Source of the DNA: Deltaproteobacteria bacterium
GTDB taxonomy: Bacteria; Myxococcota_A; UBA9042; DTJE01
DNA: 64,000 nucleotides
Direction of reading: 5' to 3'
Assembly: GCA_029555025.1 (NCBI GenBank)
Contig: JAKPTZ010000004.1
Coordinates: 3,373-67,372 of the forward strand
Shown here: piece after piece, positions 37,545 through 47,700 of the stretch
Numbering within the stretch: position 1 is the first letter of the stretch
Layout of the letters: each line of letters opens with the position of its first letter
Position numbers and translations under genes: made by a program
Notes under the pieces: generated by a model
The model's database searches: none
The model's input: only the letters and a program-made list of their open reading frames with translations
What the model was told of the DNA's origin: nothing

Positions 37545-37619
37545 TGTTCACCAGATAAGCAACGTCTGATAAGACATATTATGTCAACTCGCGTATCATG
37601 GGAGGTTGGCTCGCGCCCC

Positions 37620-38552
37620 TCACTCCACCGGCCGACTGAACGCCCTGGCCCATGGTTCCCGATCCTTTCCCTTGTCCGTGCCGGTGATCGTCCGAAGCGC
37701 CTCGTGAGCCCTTTCCCGTACCATCGGACTTTTGTCTTCCAGCCGATCGATCAGTTCGGGAATCGCCGATTTCGACTTGATTTTCAGCAGAGCGCTGACC
37801 GAACGCAGCCTGACAAATGTATCGTCGTCCCTTGTTGCCTTGCGAAGATGCTCGACCGCATCGTGGTCACCAATCGAGCCGAGCGCCCAGGCTGCGTTCG
37901 CGCGTGCAGCCTCGTAAGGATCTTCGTTCATTGAACGAATCAGAACCTGAACGGCCTCCTTGTTCTTCAGCACGACGAAGGCCTTTGCCGCGATTGCCCG
38001 CACATCCGGGTCGGAATCAAGCAGCAGGCAATCCTTCAGCGAAAGGAACGTTTCGTGCGACTTGTCTTTCAACAGACCCAGGATGACGGCGGTCTGGATC
38101 CTGACCTCCCGGTGATCCGCCTTTATCGACTTTCGAAGCAACGGAAGCCACTTTTGCGGATTCTTCTTTACAATTCGGTAGCCCTTTTCAGCGGTTGCGG
38201 CCCTTGTCAGGTATTCGATGACTTCGCGTTCCTCGTCGGTTTCCCAGACTTTGTCCAGGTAACGGTAGTCGGCATCCTTCGCCGCCGGATGGAAGCGTGA
38301 CTTCGGCTTCTCGGGCTCTGTCGCCGGCTCTTCCGCTGAAGGCTGCGCCTGGATGTTCCCGGCGGTTTCCGGCGCGTTGGCCGGGCCGGCGGTGACCTTT
38401 GCAGTCACTTCCCCGGGGGCCTGACTCTTTTGTGCCTCAGCCGCGGCCTTCTGCCTGGCAACGACGTTGTCACCACACCCCGCAAGGGTTATCAACAATG
38501 TCAGGGCAAGCCCGAAGGCGGCACCCGAACTCAATTCAAGTCTTCTTTTCAT
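37620..38552 (-). CDS. HEAT-repeat lipoprotein
   Basis: Lipobox LAGC; repeated DxDxxVRxxAAxALG units. Confidence 0.8.
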   Translation of the reverse strand: MKRRLELSSGAAFGLALTLLITLAGCGDNVVARQKAAAEAQKSQAPGEVTAKVTAGPANAPETAGNIQAQPSAEEPATEPEKPKSRFHPAAKDADYRYLDKVWETDEEREVIEYLTRAATAEKGYRIVKKNPQKWLPLLRKSIKADHREVRIQTAVILGLLKDKSHETFLSLKDCLLLDSDPDVRAIAAKAFVVLKNKEAVQVLIRSMNEDPYEAARANAAWALGSIGDHDAVEHLRKATRDDDTFVRLRSVSALLKIKSKSAIPELIDRLEDKSPMVRERAHEALRTITGTDKGKDREPWARAFSRPVE

Positions 38553-38688
38553 CAAAGGCCCCCTGGATGAACAAGGCAAAATCCGGTCCGCGTCACGCGG
38601 CCATTGTTACTCTTCGCGAGGCATTCTATATTAAAAACAGCTTTTCGGTCTATCGCCCCTTCAAACGGGCTTAATCAGGGGATTTCGA

Positions 38689-40338
38689 ATGACTATGTTC
38701 AATATCAACGCTCGCGACGACATGCTCGCGCACCTGTCCGGCAAGGTCTGGGACGTTCTTGTTATCGGTGGTGGAATCACCGGTGCCGGCATTGCAAGGG
38801 ACTCGGCAATGCGAGGGCTCGACACCGCACTTGTCGAAAGGGACGATTTTTCGATCGGAACGTCCTCGCGCAGCAGCAAGCTGGTTCACGGCGGGCTTCG
38901 CTACCTGAAGAACCGCGAATTCGGGCTTGTTCATGAAAGCACGACCGAACGCAACCTTCTGACGAAGAAGATCGCGCCAAACCTGGTGCGCCCCCTTCCC
39001 TTCCTCGTGCCGATCTGGCAGACGTCGAAGCCTGGCTACGGCGCGATGCGGGCGGCCATGGTCATGTACGACGTGCTTGCCGAATTGAACAACTTCCGGG
39101 CTCACCGGGCCCTGACCGTTTCCGAACTGCTCAAGCGCGCGCCGGCGCTTCGCCGGGATGGCCTGCGTGGCGGATTCGTCTATTACGATTCGATCAGCGA
39201 CGACACGCGACTGACCCTTGAACTCGTGATTGACGCGCATCGCCACGGCGCCGTTCCCGTAAGCCGGGTCGAGGCGCTTGAAACGGAGTTCGAGAACGGC
39301 CGGGTGCGCGGCGTCACGGTTCGCGACACCATCAACGACAGGCGGATGTTCGTTCATGCCCGGTCGGTGATTGTCGCGACCGGGATATGGTCATCGGAGA
39401 CCGCGGCCGCACTTGGCATCGCCCCGGCTGCCCGGCTGGATATCCGCCCGACCAGGGGAAGCCATATCGTTCTTCCGTACGACAAATTCCCGATCGATTC
39501 GGCGGTGACGATGCTGGCGCCAAGGGACAAACGGGCGATGTTCGTTATTCCGTGGAACGGGATGACGGTGCTCGGAACAACCGACACCGACTACCAGGGC
39601 GACCTTTGCAATGTGTTCTGCTCAAGGGACGACGCTCTGTATCTGCTGGAAGCGGCTCATCATAACTTCCCGGGGATTACCGCCGGCCTCGACGACATCG
39701 TCGGAACCTGGTCGGGGCTGCGCCCGCTGATCGCGTCGGAAGGTTCCGAATCCGCCGTGTCCAGGGAACACAGCATCGTCGTTGACGATCGCGGCGTGGT
39801 GACGATTGCGGGCGGCAAGCTGACGACCTATCGGATCATGGCCGACCAGGCACTGAAGGCGGCGGCGCCCTTCTTCAACAAGCCGTTGCGCCGATCGACG
39901 GCGGGCCGCGTCCCCCTGCCCTGCTCCGCCGGCCTTGCCGACGCGGCCGCCCGGCGCCGCCTTTCGGATGAGATTGTGACGACGACCGGAGTCAGTGCGG
40001 CCATCGCCGACAACCTTGTTGTCAATCACGGCGTGCGTGCCCGCGACGTGGCTGCGCTTGTTGTGAAAAATCCGGGACTTGCCGCACCAATCCTTGCCGG
40101 TCACCCGTTCATTCTCGCGGAAGTCGTCCAGGCCATTCGCTGCGAAATGGCCGTCACGCTTGCCGACGTGCTTCTTCGACGTACCCCGGTCTTCTTCCTT
40201 GGTCGCGACGACGATGAATCCGCCACCAGGGCTGCGGCGAACGTCATGGCGGCCGAGCTCGGCTGGGATCAGGCGCGTGTCGATTCGGAAATCGCCCAGG
40301 TCGCCGAAATCCGCCGGCGGCACCAGGAATGCCTGTAG
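38689..40338 (+). CDS. glpD: FAD-dependent glycerol-3-phosphate dehydrogenase/oxidase
   Basis: GGGITGAG, GTSSRSSKLVHGGLRYL, GTTD, GLRPL, SREH, GGKLTTYR, RRT. Confidence 0.93.
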   Translation: MTMFNINARDDMLAHLSGKVWDVLVIGGGITGAGIARDSAMRGLDTALVERDDFSIGTSSRSSKLVHGGLRYLKNREFGLVHESTTERNLLTKKIAPNLVRPLPFLVPIWQTSKPGYGAMRAAMVMYDVLAELNNFRAHRALTVSELLKRAPALRRDGLRGGFVYYDSISDDTRLTLELVIDAHRHGAVPVSRVEALETEFENGRVRGVTVRDTINDRRMFVHARSVIVATGIWSSETAAALGIAPAARLDIRPTRGSHIVLPYDKFPIDSAVTMLAPRDKRAMFVIPWNGMTVLGTTDTDYQGDLCNVFCSRDDALYLLEAAHHNFPGITAGLDDIVGTWSGLRPLIASEGSESAVSREHSIVVDDRGVVTIAGGKLTTYRIMADQALKAAAPFFNKPLRRSTAGRVPLPCSAGLADAAARRRLSDEIVTTTGVSAAIADNLVVNHGVRARDVAALVVKNPGLAAPILAGHPFILAEVVQAIRCEMAVTLADVLLRRTPVFFLGRDDDESATRAAANVMAAELGWDQARVDSEIAQVAEIRRRHQECL

Positions 40339-40341
40339 TCT

Positions 40342-42003
40342 TCAGAACGGCCTGACATCAAGGGATTCAACAAGAAAGTCCGCCGGCACTTCGCGGGAGC
40401 GGTCGGTTCCGGCCGGCACCGACCAGTTGAGAAGTGAAAGGATTCGCCCGTCAAAGGCCGTCGAAGGCACGTCGATGCTTTCGATCTTCTGAAACATTGG
40501 CGTCCGGTTTCGTCCATCGACTGACAGGAAGCCCGGTTTCCAGTCGGTGTCGTGCCCCCCGGTTAACAGCACGAACCTGTCTGCCGCATCCCAACTGCCC
40601 ACAATTTCGGCAATCTGTTCAAGCGCTTGCCAGGAGCCGCCCGGCGCGCTTCCGGGGCCGGCAACAAATACATGCACGTCGTCGCCTGGGCCGCCCCCCT
40701 TTAGAATCGCGCGGGCCTTCATGAGGAATGTCGCAAAGCCCGGTTCGGCTGAACCGCTGATTGTGATTCCACCCCGGTAACCGCAGGCTTCCGCGGACCG
40801 GACGGTCTCAAGCAGCCAGTCGCCGTTTCCGGCATCACAGATAATCCGATCCGATGAACCAGGATCCCTTGCCTGATAGATCAGGCCAAGCCGATGCAGG
40901 CCCCCGGCTTCACCGCTCTGAAGCGCGTGGAAAAGCCCGGTGCCTGCCCTGTGCGTCCCTCCGGTGCAAAGAATCACGTGTCGCGTTGAAAGCCGACATA
41001 GAATTTGTCGGATGCCATCGGTCGAAAGCAATTCGGTTCCGGCCAGCCAGATTGGCGAATCGTCCTGCACGTCAATTGATCGAAACGCCTGAAGAAGGTC
41101 GGAATCCGGAAGCAAAGCCACACTGATCCCGGAGCAGAACGCCGCCTTCCGGCACCGGGCGCAAGCCGGGAAGCGCACGAAGCCGACCTCCTGCCCCATG
41201 ATGTGCCCGGACGGATCCTCGCGGTCGCTTTCCCGGTACTGAAGTCTTCCGTACATCGTCAGATCCAGCCCGTCGGCCACGTCGGCAAGAAGGCACGGCG
41301 GAATGTTGAAAGGCTTCAATCGATACCCGCCCGAAGCAGCGGCGATCGCGGCCCCCCGAACCGCGTCGAGCGTCCTGTCCAGGCCCACCCATTCCACCGG
41401 CGTCACGTTAGACTTCCCGGCAATCGGCGGCTGAAGGATCATCAGCCGGACGCCAATCGCCGCCAGCATCGACGTGAACGACGCGAGATCATCGACAATC
41501 CCGGAATGCAGAACCGTGAAGGTGTTAAGCCTGAAGCGCTTCTCCCCAAGCGCCATGGCGGCCCTTACCCCGTTCCTGATTGCCTTGATTGCAGCCGGAA
41601 AAGATCCCGCGCGTCCGGTGACGGCCTCGTGAACGGGACTGGTGCCGCCATGAATCGAAACGCCCATTCCGTCAAGACCAGCCGAAACGGCCTGGCGGAA
41701 AAAATCGACGTCCGCCAGCCGGCTTCCGTTCGTGGTGACGGCGACGCGCTGGTAGCCCATCCGGCGCGCCGCCGCCAGGATATCGATGAAGTCCTTTCGA
41801 ATGGTCGGCTCGCCACCGGTCAGCGAGAGCTCGTCAAAACCGTTGGCGATTCCCCATTCCATCCTTTCTTGGATGGTTTCGCGGGGCACAAGCATGTCCG
41901 CGCCCGCGATGCGGCGATAACCGTGCTGATAGCAGAAAACGCACCTGTTGTTACACAGGATGCCTGTCTCAACCACCAGCGTCTTGTGGGCGCGACCTTC
42001 CAT
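40342..42003 (-). CDS. Radical SAM protein (HxsC-like core) with degenerate second barrel
   Basis: CNNRCVFC, GGEPT, TNG, IPPCLL, CARCRKAAFCSG. Confidence 0.85.
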   Translation of the reverse strand: MEGRAHKTLVVETGILCNNRCVFCYQHGYRRIAGADMLVPRETIQERMEWGIANGFDELSLTGGEPTIRKDFIDILAAARRMGYQRVAVTTNGSRLADVDFFRQAVSAGLDGMGVSIHGGTSPVHEAVTGRAGSFPAAIKAIRNGVRAAMALGEKRFRLNTFTVLHSGIVDDLASFTSMLAAIGVRLMILQPPIAGKSNVTPVEWVGLDRTLDAVRGAAIAAASGGYRLKPFNIPPCLLADVADGLDLTMYGRLQYRESDREDPSGHIMGQEVGFVRFPACARCRKAAFCSGISVALLPDSDLLQAFRSIDVQDDSPIWLAGTELLSTDGIRQILCRLSTRHVILCTGGTHRAGTGLFHALQSGEAGGLHRLGLIYQARDPGSSDRIICDAGNGDWLLETVRSAEACGYRGGITISGSAEPGFATFLMKARAILKGGGPGDDVHVFVAGPGSAPGGSWQALEQIAEIVGSWDAADRFVLLTGGHDTDWKPGFLSVDGRNRTPMFQKIESIDVPSTAFDGRILSLLNWSVPAGTDRSREVPADFLVESLDVRPF

Positions 42004-42134
42004 GGCGCGATTTTAGCCCAAAAACCCTTTGTTAAAGTGTATTATTCGGGCAACGAAACCTTGCCGTGGTTTGTCCGGGCGGTTATTGCGTTGGCCCCGG
42101 GGTCGGTCGGGACGTTACCGAAGGAATTGCACTT

Positions 42135-43829
42135 ATGAAGCTGAAGTTAAAACTACTGATTTTATTGATTTGCGTGGCTGGTGCAGGATGCGCGGCATCT
42201 AAACGTGAAGTCGTTTCTCCAGGCGGGGTCGTCACGATTACCAACCAGTCCGGCGAGGATCTCGAGGTGTTTGTCGATGGATTTCGAACCGCCGTTGTTT
42301 CGGCCGGCACCGAACATGTTATCGAACGCCTGATTTCCGGAAAGCGCGTTCTGACCGTCACGGGCGTCGAGACCCGCGCGTCGGCCAGCAGGACGTTTGA
42401 TTTGAAGGTCGCCCAGGGCGAGGGATGGCGGGTCACCCCGCTTTCCGCGGCATCAGGTGGCGGTGACGGGCCTGCTCGGGGATGCCGAATCGATGTCGTC
42501 AACTCGACGATGGAGACTGTTTCTGTCGTGGTCAATGATTCCCCCGGGACGGATATCCCGGCCGGCGTTCGCGTGCGGCTTGACGGAATCTCGCCGGGAA
42601 CCGCTTTGATCCAGGCTACCGGCAGCGAAAGCGGGCTGGTTCGCAAGGCCGAAATTCCGGTTCGTGTCGATGTCGTGCCGACGTTTACCATAATGGATTC
42701 ATCCGGCGCGGTGCGCTTCACGAATCGAAGCGGTCGCGCCGCGTTCGTTTCCGCCCCCGAAATACCGGTCAGACAGGTGGAGAACGAAAAGACCGCCCTG
42801 TTTCAGGACATTCCGACGGGAAAGATTCGCTTTTCGGCTCTGGACATTGGCCGCAGGATTCTTGGCGACTTCGATGTCGATGTCGTTCGCGGCCAGGTCA
42901 CCGATATCGTCATCAATCAGCCCGCCGGGACGCTGAACGTCGTGTCGGACATTGCCTTCCCCGTTTCGATTTTTGCGGACGGTGTACTGCTTGGTACATG
43001 CCCGGCCCGCGGTGGGGCGTTATTCACCGGCCTGGTTCCCGGCAACAACAACCTGAAGGCGGTCGGCGATCGCGACAACGTCGTCGCGTCAACGTGGCTT
43101 GAGATAACGCCCCAGACCAACCTCTGGCTGATTTCCGAGACCAGCGGAACGCCATTGAAGGCGGGTACCGGCGCGGTCGAGGTGGAAAACCCTTCAAGGG
43201 AAAAGCTGGAGATGTACGTTGACGGAACGCTTGCCGGTGTCATCGACCCCGGCTCAAAAAGGGTTGCCGTCGATCTTCTGCCCGGCGATCACGTTGTAGC
43301 GGTCGTTGGCAAGACATCGCGTTCGCTCGTGACCGCCACCGTTGCGGTACGGGACGGCGCGCGTGCCCGTTGGAAGGTCGCGATGCCGGTGGCGACGCTT
43401 TCGGTGATGAATTCATCCAGGGAAAGGGTGAACGTCTATTCCGATGGACGCCTGCTGGGACAGGCCGATCCGGCAACCGCTTCCTCGTTTCCGATTACCC
43501 AGGGCGAGCATCGAATCGAAGTGACCGGCGCCGTCAGCATGAACGGGATTTCGCGCACCATGGTGTTCCCGGCCGGCACCACCACGAAATTGCCGTTTGC
43601 CGGGCCGATGGTCACGGTCGTCGCGACCAACACCTTCACGGATGAGGTCGAAATCAGGATTAACGACAGATTGATTGGCAAACTGAAGCCAAACGAGAGG
43701 GTCACCGTTTCCGACGTTCAGCCCGGCACCCTCCGCCTGGCGGCCGAATCGACGAAACGACCTGTCAGCATGACCGTGATGATAAATCTGGCGGCCGGGG
43801 ATGCTTTCGACTGGAACATCGTGCCCTGA
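42135..43829 (+). CDS. Lipoprotein of repeated PEGA-like beta-sandwich domains
   Basis: Lipobox GAGC; about 7 repeats of NxSxxxxxVxxDG...LxPGxxxL/V. Confidence 0.7.
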   Translation: MKLKLKLLILLICVAGAGCAASKREVVSPGGVVTITNQSGEDLEVFVDGFRTAVVSAGTEHVIERLISGKRVLTVTGVETRASASRTFDLKVAQGEGWRVTPLSAASGGGDGPARGCRIDVVNSTMETVSVVVNDSPGTDIPAGVRVRLDGISPGTALIQATGSESGLVRKAEIPVRVDVVPTFTIMDSSGAVRFTNRSGRAAFVSAPEIPVRQVENEKTALFQDIPTGKIRFSALDIGRRILGDFDVDVVRGQVTDIVINQPAGTLNVVSDIAFPVSIFADGVLLGTCPARGGALFTGLVPGNNNLKAVGDRDNVVASTWLEITPQTNLWLISETSGTPLKAGTGAVEVENPSREKLEMYVDGTLAGVIDPGSKRVAVDLLPGDHVVAVVGKTSRSLVTATVAVRDGARARWKVAMPVATLSVMNSSRERVNVYSDGRLLGQADPATASSFPITQGEHRIEVTGAVSMNGISRTMVFPAGTTTKLPFAGPMVTVVATNTFTDEVEIRINDRLIGKLKPNERVTVSDVQPGTLRLAAESTKRPVSMTVMINLAAGDAFDWNIVP

Positions 43830-43873
43830 TGCGCTCGTCCTGAGTCCGGAACGCTGAATCCCGAGCACCAGCC

Positions 43874-44701
43874 TTACAGGCCAACCGGGAACCACACGAA
43901 CAGCCACAGCCAGGTTATCGGTGCAACAAAGAGGAAGGCGTCGATCCGATCAAGCATGCCGCCATGGCCGGGAAGCAGGTTCCCGGAATCCTTGACGCCG
44001 GCCGATCGCTTGAACATCGATTCAGCAAGATCGCCAAGCTGACCGAGCACTCCGCCGACAATCCCAAGGCCAAGGAGAGGAAGCCACGGATAATCAATCC
44101 CGAAGATGGCTCGAATCGCGAAAACGCCGCCGATGCTTCCGATCATCCCGGAAATCGATCCGGCCCAGGTCTTGTTCGGGCTGATCGCCGGGTACATCTT
44201 GCTGCGACCGAACAGCTTGCCCCCGAAGTAGGCCATCGTGTCGTTCAGCCATGTAATGACACCGGCAGTCAGGACGGCCCAGCGCCCGACCATCGCGACC
44301 TCGTCCGGGACCTTGATCATCCGGACGCAGATGGCTCCGGCGACTCCGACGTAAACAATCGCCGTCACGACCATGGCGGCCCGGTGTCCGGCATTCTCGA
44401 TGGGGTGCGGTGTCAGAAGCACGACAATCAATCCAAGCATCCCGGCAACGAAAACCGTCTGGACGACGGGGAAAAGCCATTCCGAATCGCCAAGCAGCGC
44501 TGAAACGACGATTACCGAGACGCTTCCAATCAAGGCCATCGCACTGTCAATGCGTCTTCCCTTCGCGAGCGCGGCAAATTCCAACGCGGCCATCCCGAAG
44601 ATCACGGCGATGATTCCGGCCAGAACCGGAGATGGCGCAAGAACAATGGCGGCAATAATGGCCGCCGAAAGGATCACGCCCGTTACCACTTTGATAATCA
44701 T
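43874..44701 (-). CDS. cdsA: Phosphatidate cytidylyltransferase
   Basis: DTMAYFGG, ISPNKTW, GDLAESMFKR..GVKDSG.LLPGHGGMLDRID. Confidence 0.95.
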   Translation of the reverse strand: MIIKVVTGVILSAAIIAAIVLAPSPVLAGIIAVIFGMAALEFAALAKGRRIDSAMALIGSVSVIVVSALLGDSEWLFPVVQTVFVAGMLGLIVVLLTPHPIENAGHRAAMVVTAIVYVGVAGAICVRMIKVPDEVAMVGRWAVLTAGVITWLNDTMAYFGGKLFGRSKMYPAISPNKTWAGSISGMIGSIGGVFAIRAIFGIDYPWLPLLGLGIVGGVLGQLGDLAESMFKRSAGVKDSGNLLPGHGGMLDRIDAFLFVAPITWLWLFVWFPVGL

Positions 44702-47700
44702 CTGTTAACCACCTCGAAGAATCCAAGTTCGTCAAGCCTTCTCATGGAAAGAATGGAATGCCAGCCCCAGTTTTCACCGTTGGCCACGGCCAGCCTGAAA
44801 CTCTCGGTCGCGTCGGCGCGCAGCCCTAGTGCAAGCTGAATTGTCCCCAGATGATTGAAGCATTCGGCAAGGCCCAGGCCGGAATCGCTTCGACTCCAGA
44901 AACGCCTGGCCTGCAACTGAATCTGAAGGGCCTTATGGATCTGGCCGTACTTGAACAGGGCCCACGCCTCGGTCTCAAGGTATGCCCCGCGATCCATCCC
45001 GCCCAACTCCGATGCCACTCGAATCTGGTCGAGTGCCCTCGCCTTCCCATGGCCGAAAATCGAAAGCGTGTATGCAAGGTTATTACGGTTGGTGGGCGAC
45101 GACGGCGAAATCCCGATTTCGTTTTCCATCACGCCAAAGACGGCCGCCCCATTCCCTTCGGTGTCCGCCATTCCAAGAATCTGCGAGTACAGGAGAATGA
45201 ACCGTGTCGGATCCGTGCCGGGGACATCGATCGCCCGAAGCGCGAAATCCGCGGCAATAGCGCGATCCTGGCTCCAGACCGACGTCTGATCCCCGATGTA
45301 TTCAATCACAGCCTGTACAAGCGTTACCCGGTCGCTGACGGATCCAAGCCGCCCGAACCCGAGTTCACACCAGTCAAGCGCGTCCCGGATCCTGCCTTCA
45401 ATCATGGCGGCCCGAACGGCCTGGTTCATCAGTTTCATCCATCCTTCGTCGGGATAAGAATTTCGGAACCTGACGGACTTCGGCCCGGAAGCCCTGGCAT
45501 CGAGCAGGTCGGCCAACTGATCCTTCAGAAATGCGGCCGAGCAACGTCCATCCAGGAAAGTTGCCTGAACTGCCTGGATAAACCCGGAATCGCCCGGCCC
45601 GGCACCGAAGGCCCGCCCGACAAGCTGCCCGCAGGCGCCCTCGCGATCCCTCGCGTTGAGAAGCGCGAAGTCCAGCAGCCTGGCCCCGCGATCGCATGCC
45701 GGATCAATCCTGTAAAACGACTGGACTGACGAGGCAACCTGATCAAATACGTCGGGAGGAAGCCCGCCCGCGACCTTTCCCCCGTTCAAGGCAAGGAGCC
45801 CGTCGGCAAGGTGGAAGGCGACCCGGTATCGAAGGGACGCGGCAGCGTATGCCAGAAGGACCGTGGCCGACCTGGTTTGATCGGCATGCATGGCCAGGAT
45901 CCGCCCGGCCGTTTCGATTGCCCCGGCCTCGTCGCCGGTCTCGACGCGTGCCTTGAAAAGCTCGGACAGCCTGTCGATGGTCCATCCGTACCTGTCCCCG
46001 GCCCGAAGGACGAAATCCCTGGCCAGGCGGGGTTGGAAGAAGTCCAGCAAGGTTGCGACAACGACCGGAACGTGACGACCGGGGAACGGAAGCGATTCGG
46101 TGATGCTCCAGACTCGCGCATCGAGCCCGTCAACCTGCCCCGCCCTGATTGACGCAAGCGTGGAATCCAGGAAAAGCGAGGACTGTTCCTTCATCAAGGA
46201 CAGACCGACGGAAGCGGCCCTGACGTCGGACTCCGGATCCCCGGCGGCACGAGCCACGGCGGATTCCAGCGAAAAACGCATCAGTTGGTCATCGGTGATT
46301 TTCGCGATGAAGTCGGGGGTTACGCGGTTCGGAATCCTTGCCAGCAATGCGCCCTTCACAGCGATGTGAACGGCCCGGCTCATGTCGTTGACGTCCAGGT
46401 CGAACATCTGGAGATAGCCGACCGCGGCCTCGACAGCAGAACGCCAGCGGCCACACTGGAAAAGAAGATCGGCGACGGTAAGCACGTCAACGGCCGCCGC
46501 GGTCTCGCCGCCGGGCATGTCGGTGGCCCCGATCGAGGTCGGCACCAGCCTGTCAATCGCCTGGTCAAGCATCTTGTCTTCACCGGCCAGGCATGCGGCC
46601 AGCAAGGCGGTCTGCGCGAACGATGCCCCGCGGCGTTCAAGCGCCTCGCGCGCAAGCACGGATGCGGTGCCGCGCCTTGCCTCCTGCCGAATATAGTTGA
46701 CAAGATCCGTCCGTTCCTTGCCCTTGTCCTTGAAGCTTATGGTGCGCACCCCCCGAACGACCCTGAAGAAGGCCGCCCTGGCGCGCTTAAGCGCGGCGTC
46801 GCCCGGCAGTGCGACATCCGAGGACGCCTGCAGCATTTCCTCCAGTTCGGTGCGCTGTCCGACGCGAAGCGCCCTGGGCCTGTCCTGGAAAAGCCCGGAA
46901 ATCACGTCGGCCGCGGCTTCCGACTCAAGAAACCCGAAAACGAATCTGCGATATGCCGAAATCTCCTCGGGCTCGCCATCCGATTCCAGAACCTTCCTGA
47001 ATTCGCCGACGGCCCGATCCCTTTCCCCGATTGCCCAGAGCATCGCCGCGTACTGTATGCGTTCACGCAGCGCCAGCCCGTCGATGCCGACCTTCTCGAT
47101 GTCGGCGATTACGGAAGTTGCGTCGGTGTAAGCCAGGGAAGCGAAGGCGGCGGCCCTGCCGGCATCGAGTGATCCGCCCGAGGCGCGGACATAGCGCGAG
47201 GCAAAGGCACCGGCCCCGGCCAGATCGCCCCGGGATGCAAACGAACTCAGAATAACGAACAAATCCTGCTGGGTCATGCCGGCGACAAGTTCGTCCCTGG
47301 CACCCTCGAGCAGGCCCACCGCATCCCTGAAAAGGCCGGCTGTCACAAGATGCATGAAGGCGACGCCAAGCATGCGCGGCCCTTCGGCCGAATACTTCTG
47401 AACCAGGGCCAGGCCATCTTCGCGCCGGCCGGCAATTATCAAGTTGATTCCTGCCTCGACCAGGATTCTTCCGTCGATGGCCATATCTTCGCGGGCTGCC
47501 AGGTCGGCCAGCAGCGACGTCCACCTGTCGCGGCCGAGCAATTCGGGAAGAACCGGCCACACGTCCTCGATGCGGGTCGCATTCTTGTATATCTCGGGTG
47601 AAAGAAGCCGCGCGGCCTGCAAGGCCACATCTCCATCCCCCTTCCTTACCGCCATGCTTACAAGAGCTGCGGCGTCACGGCCCGAAATTCGCTCGGGATG

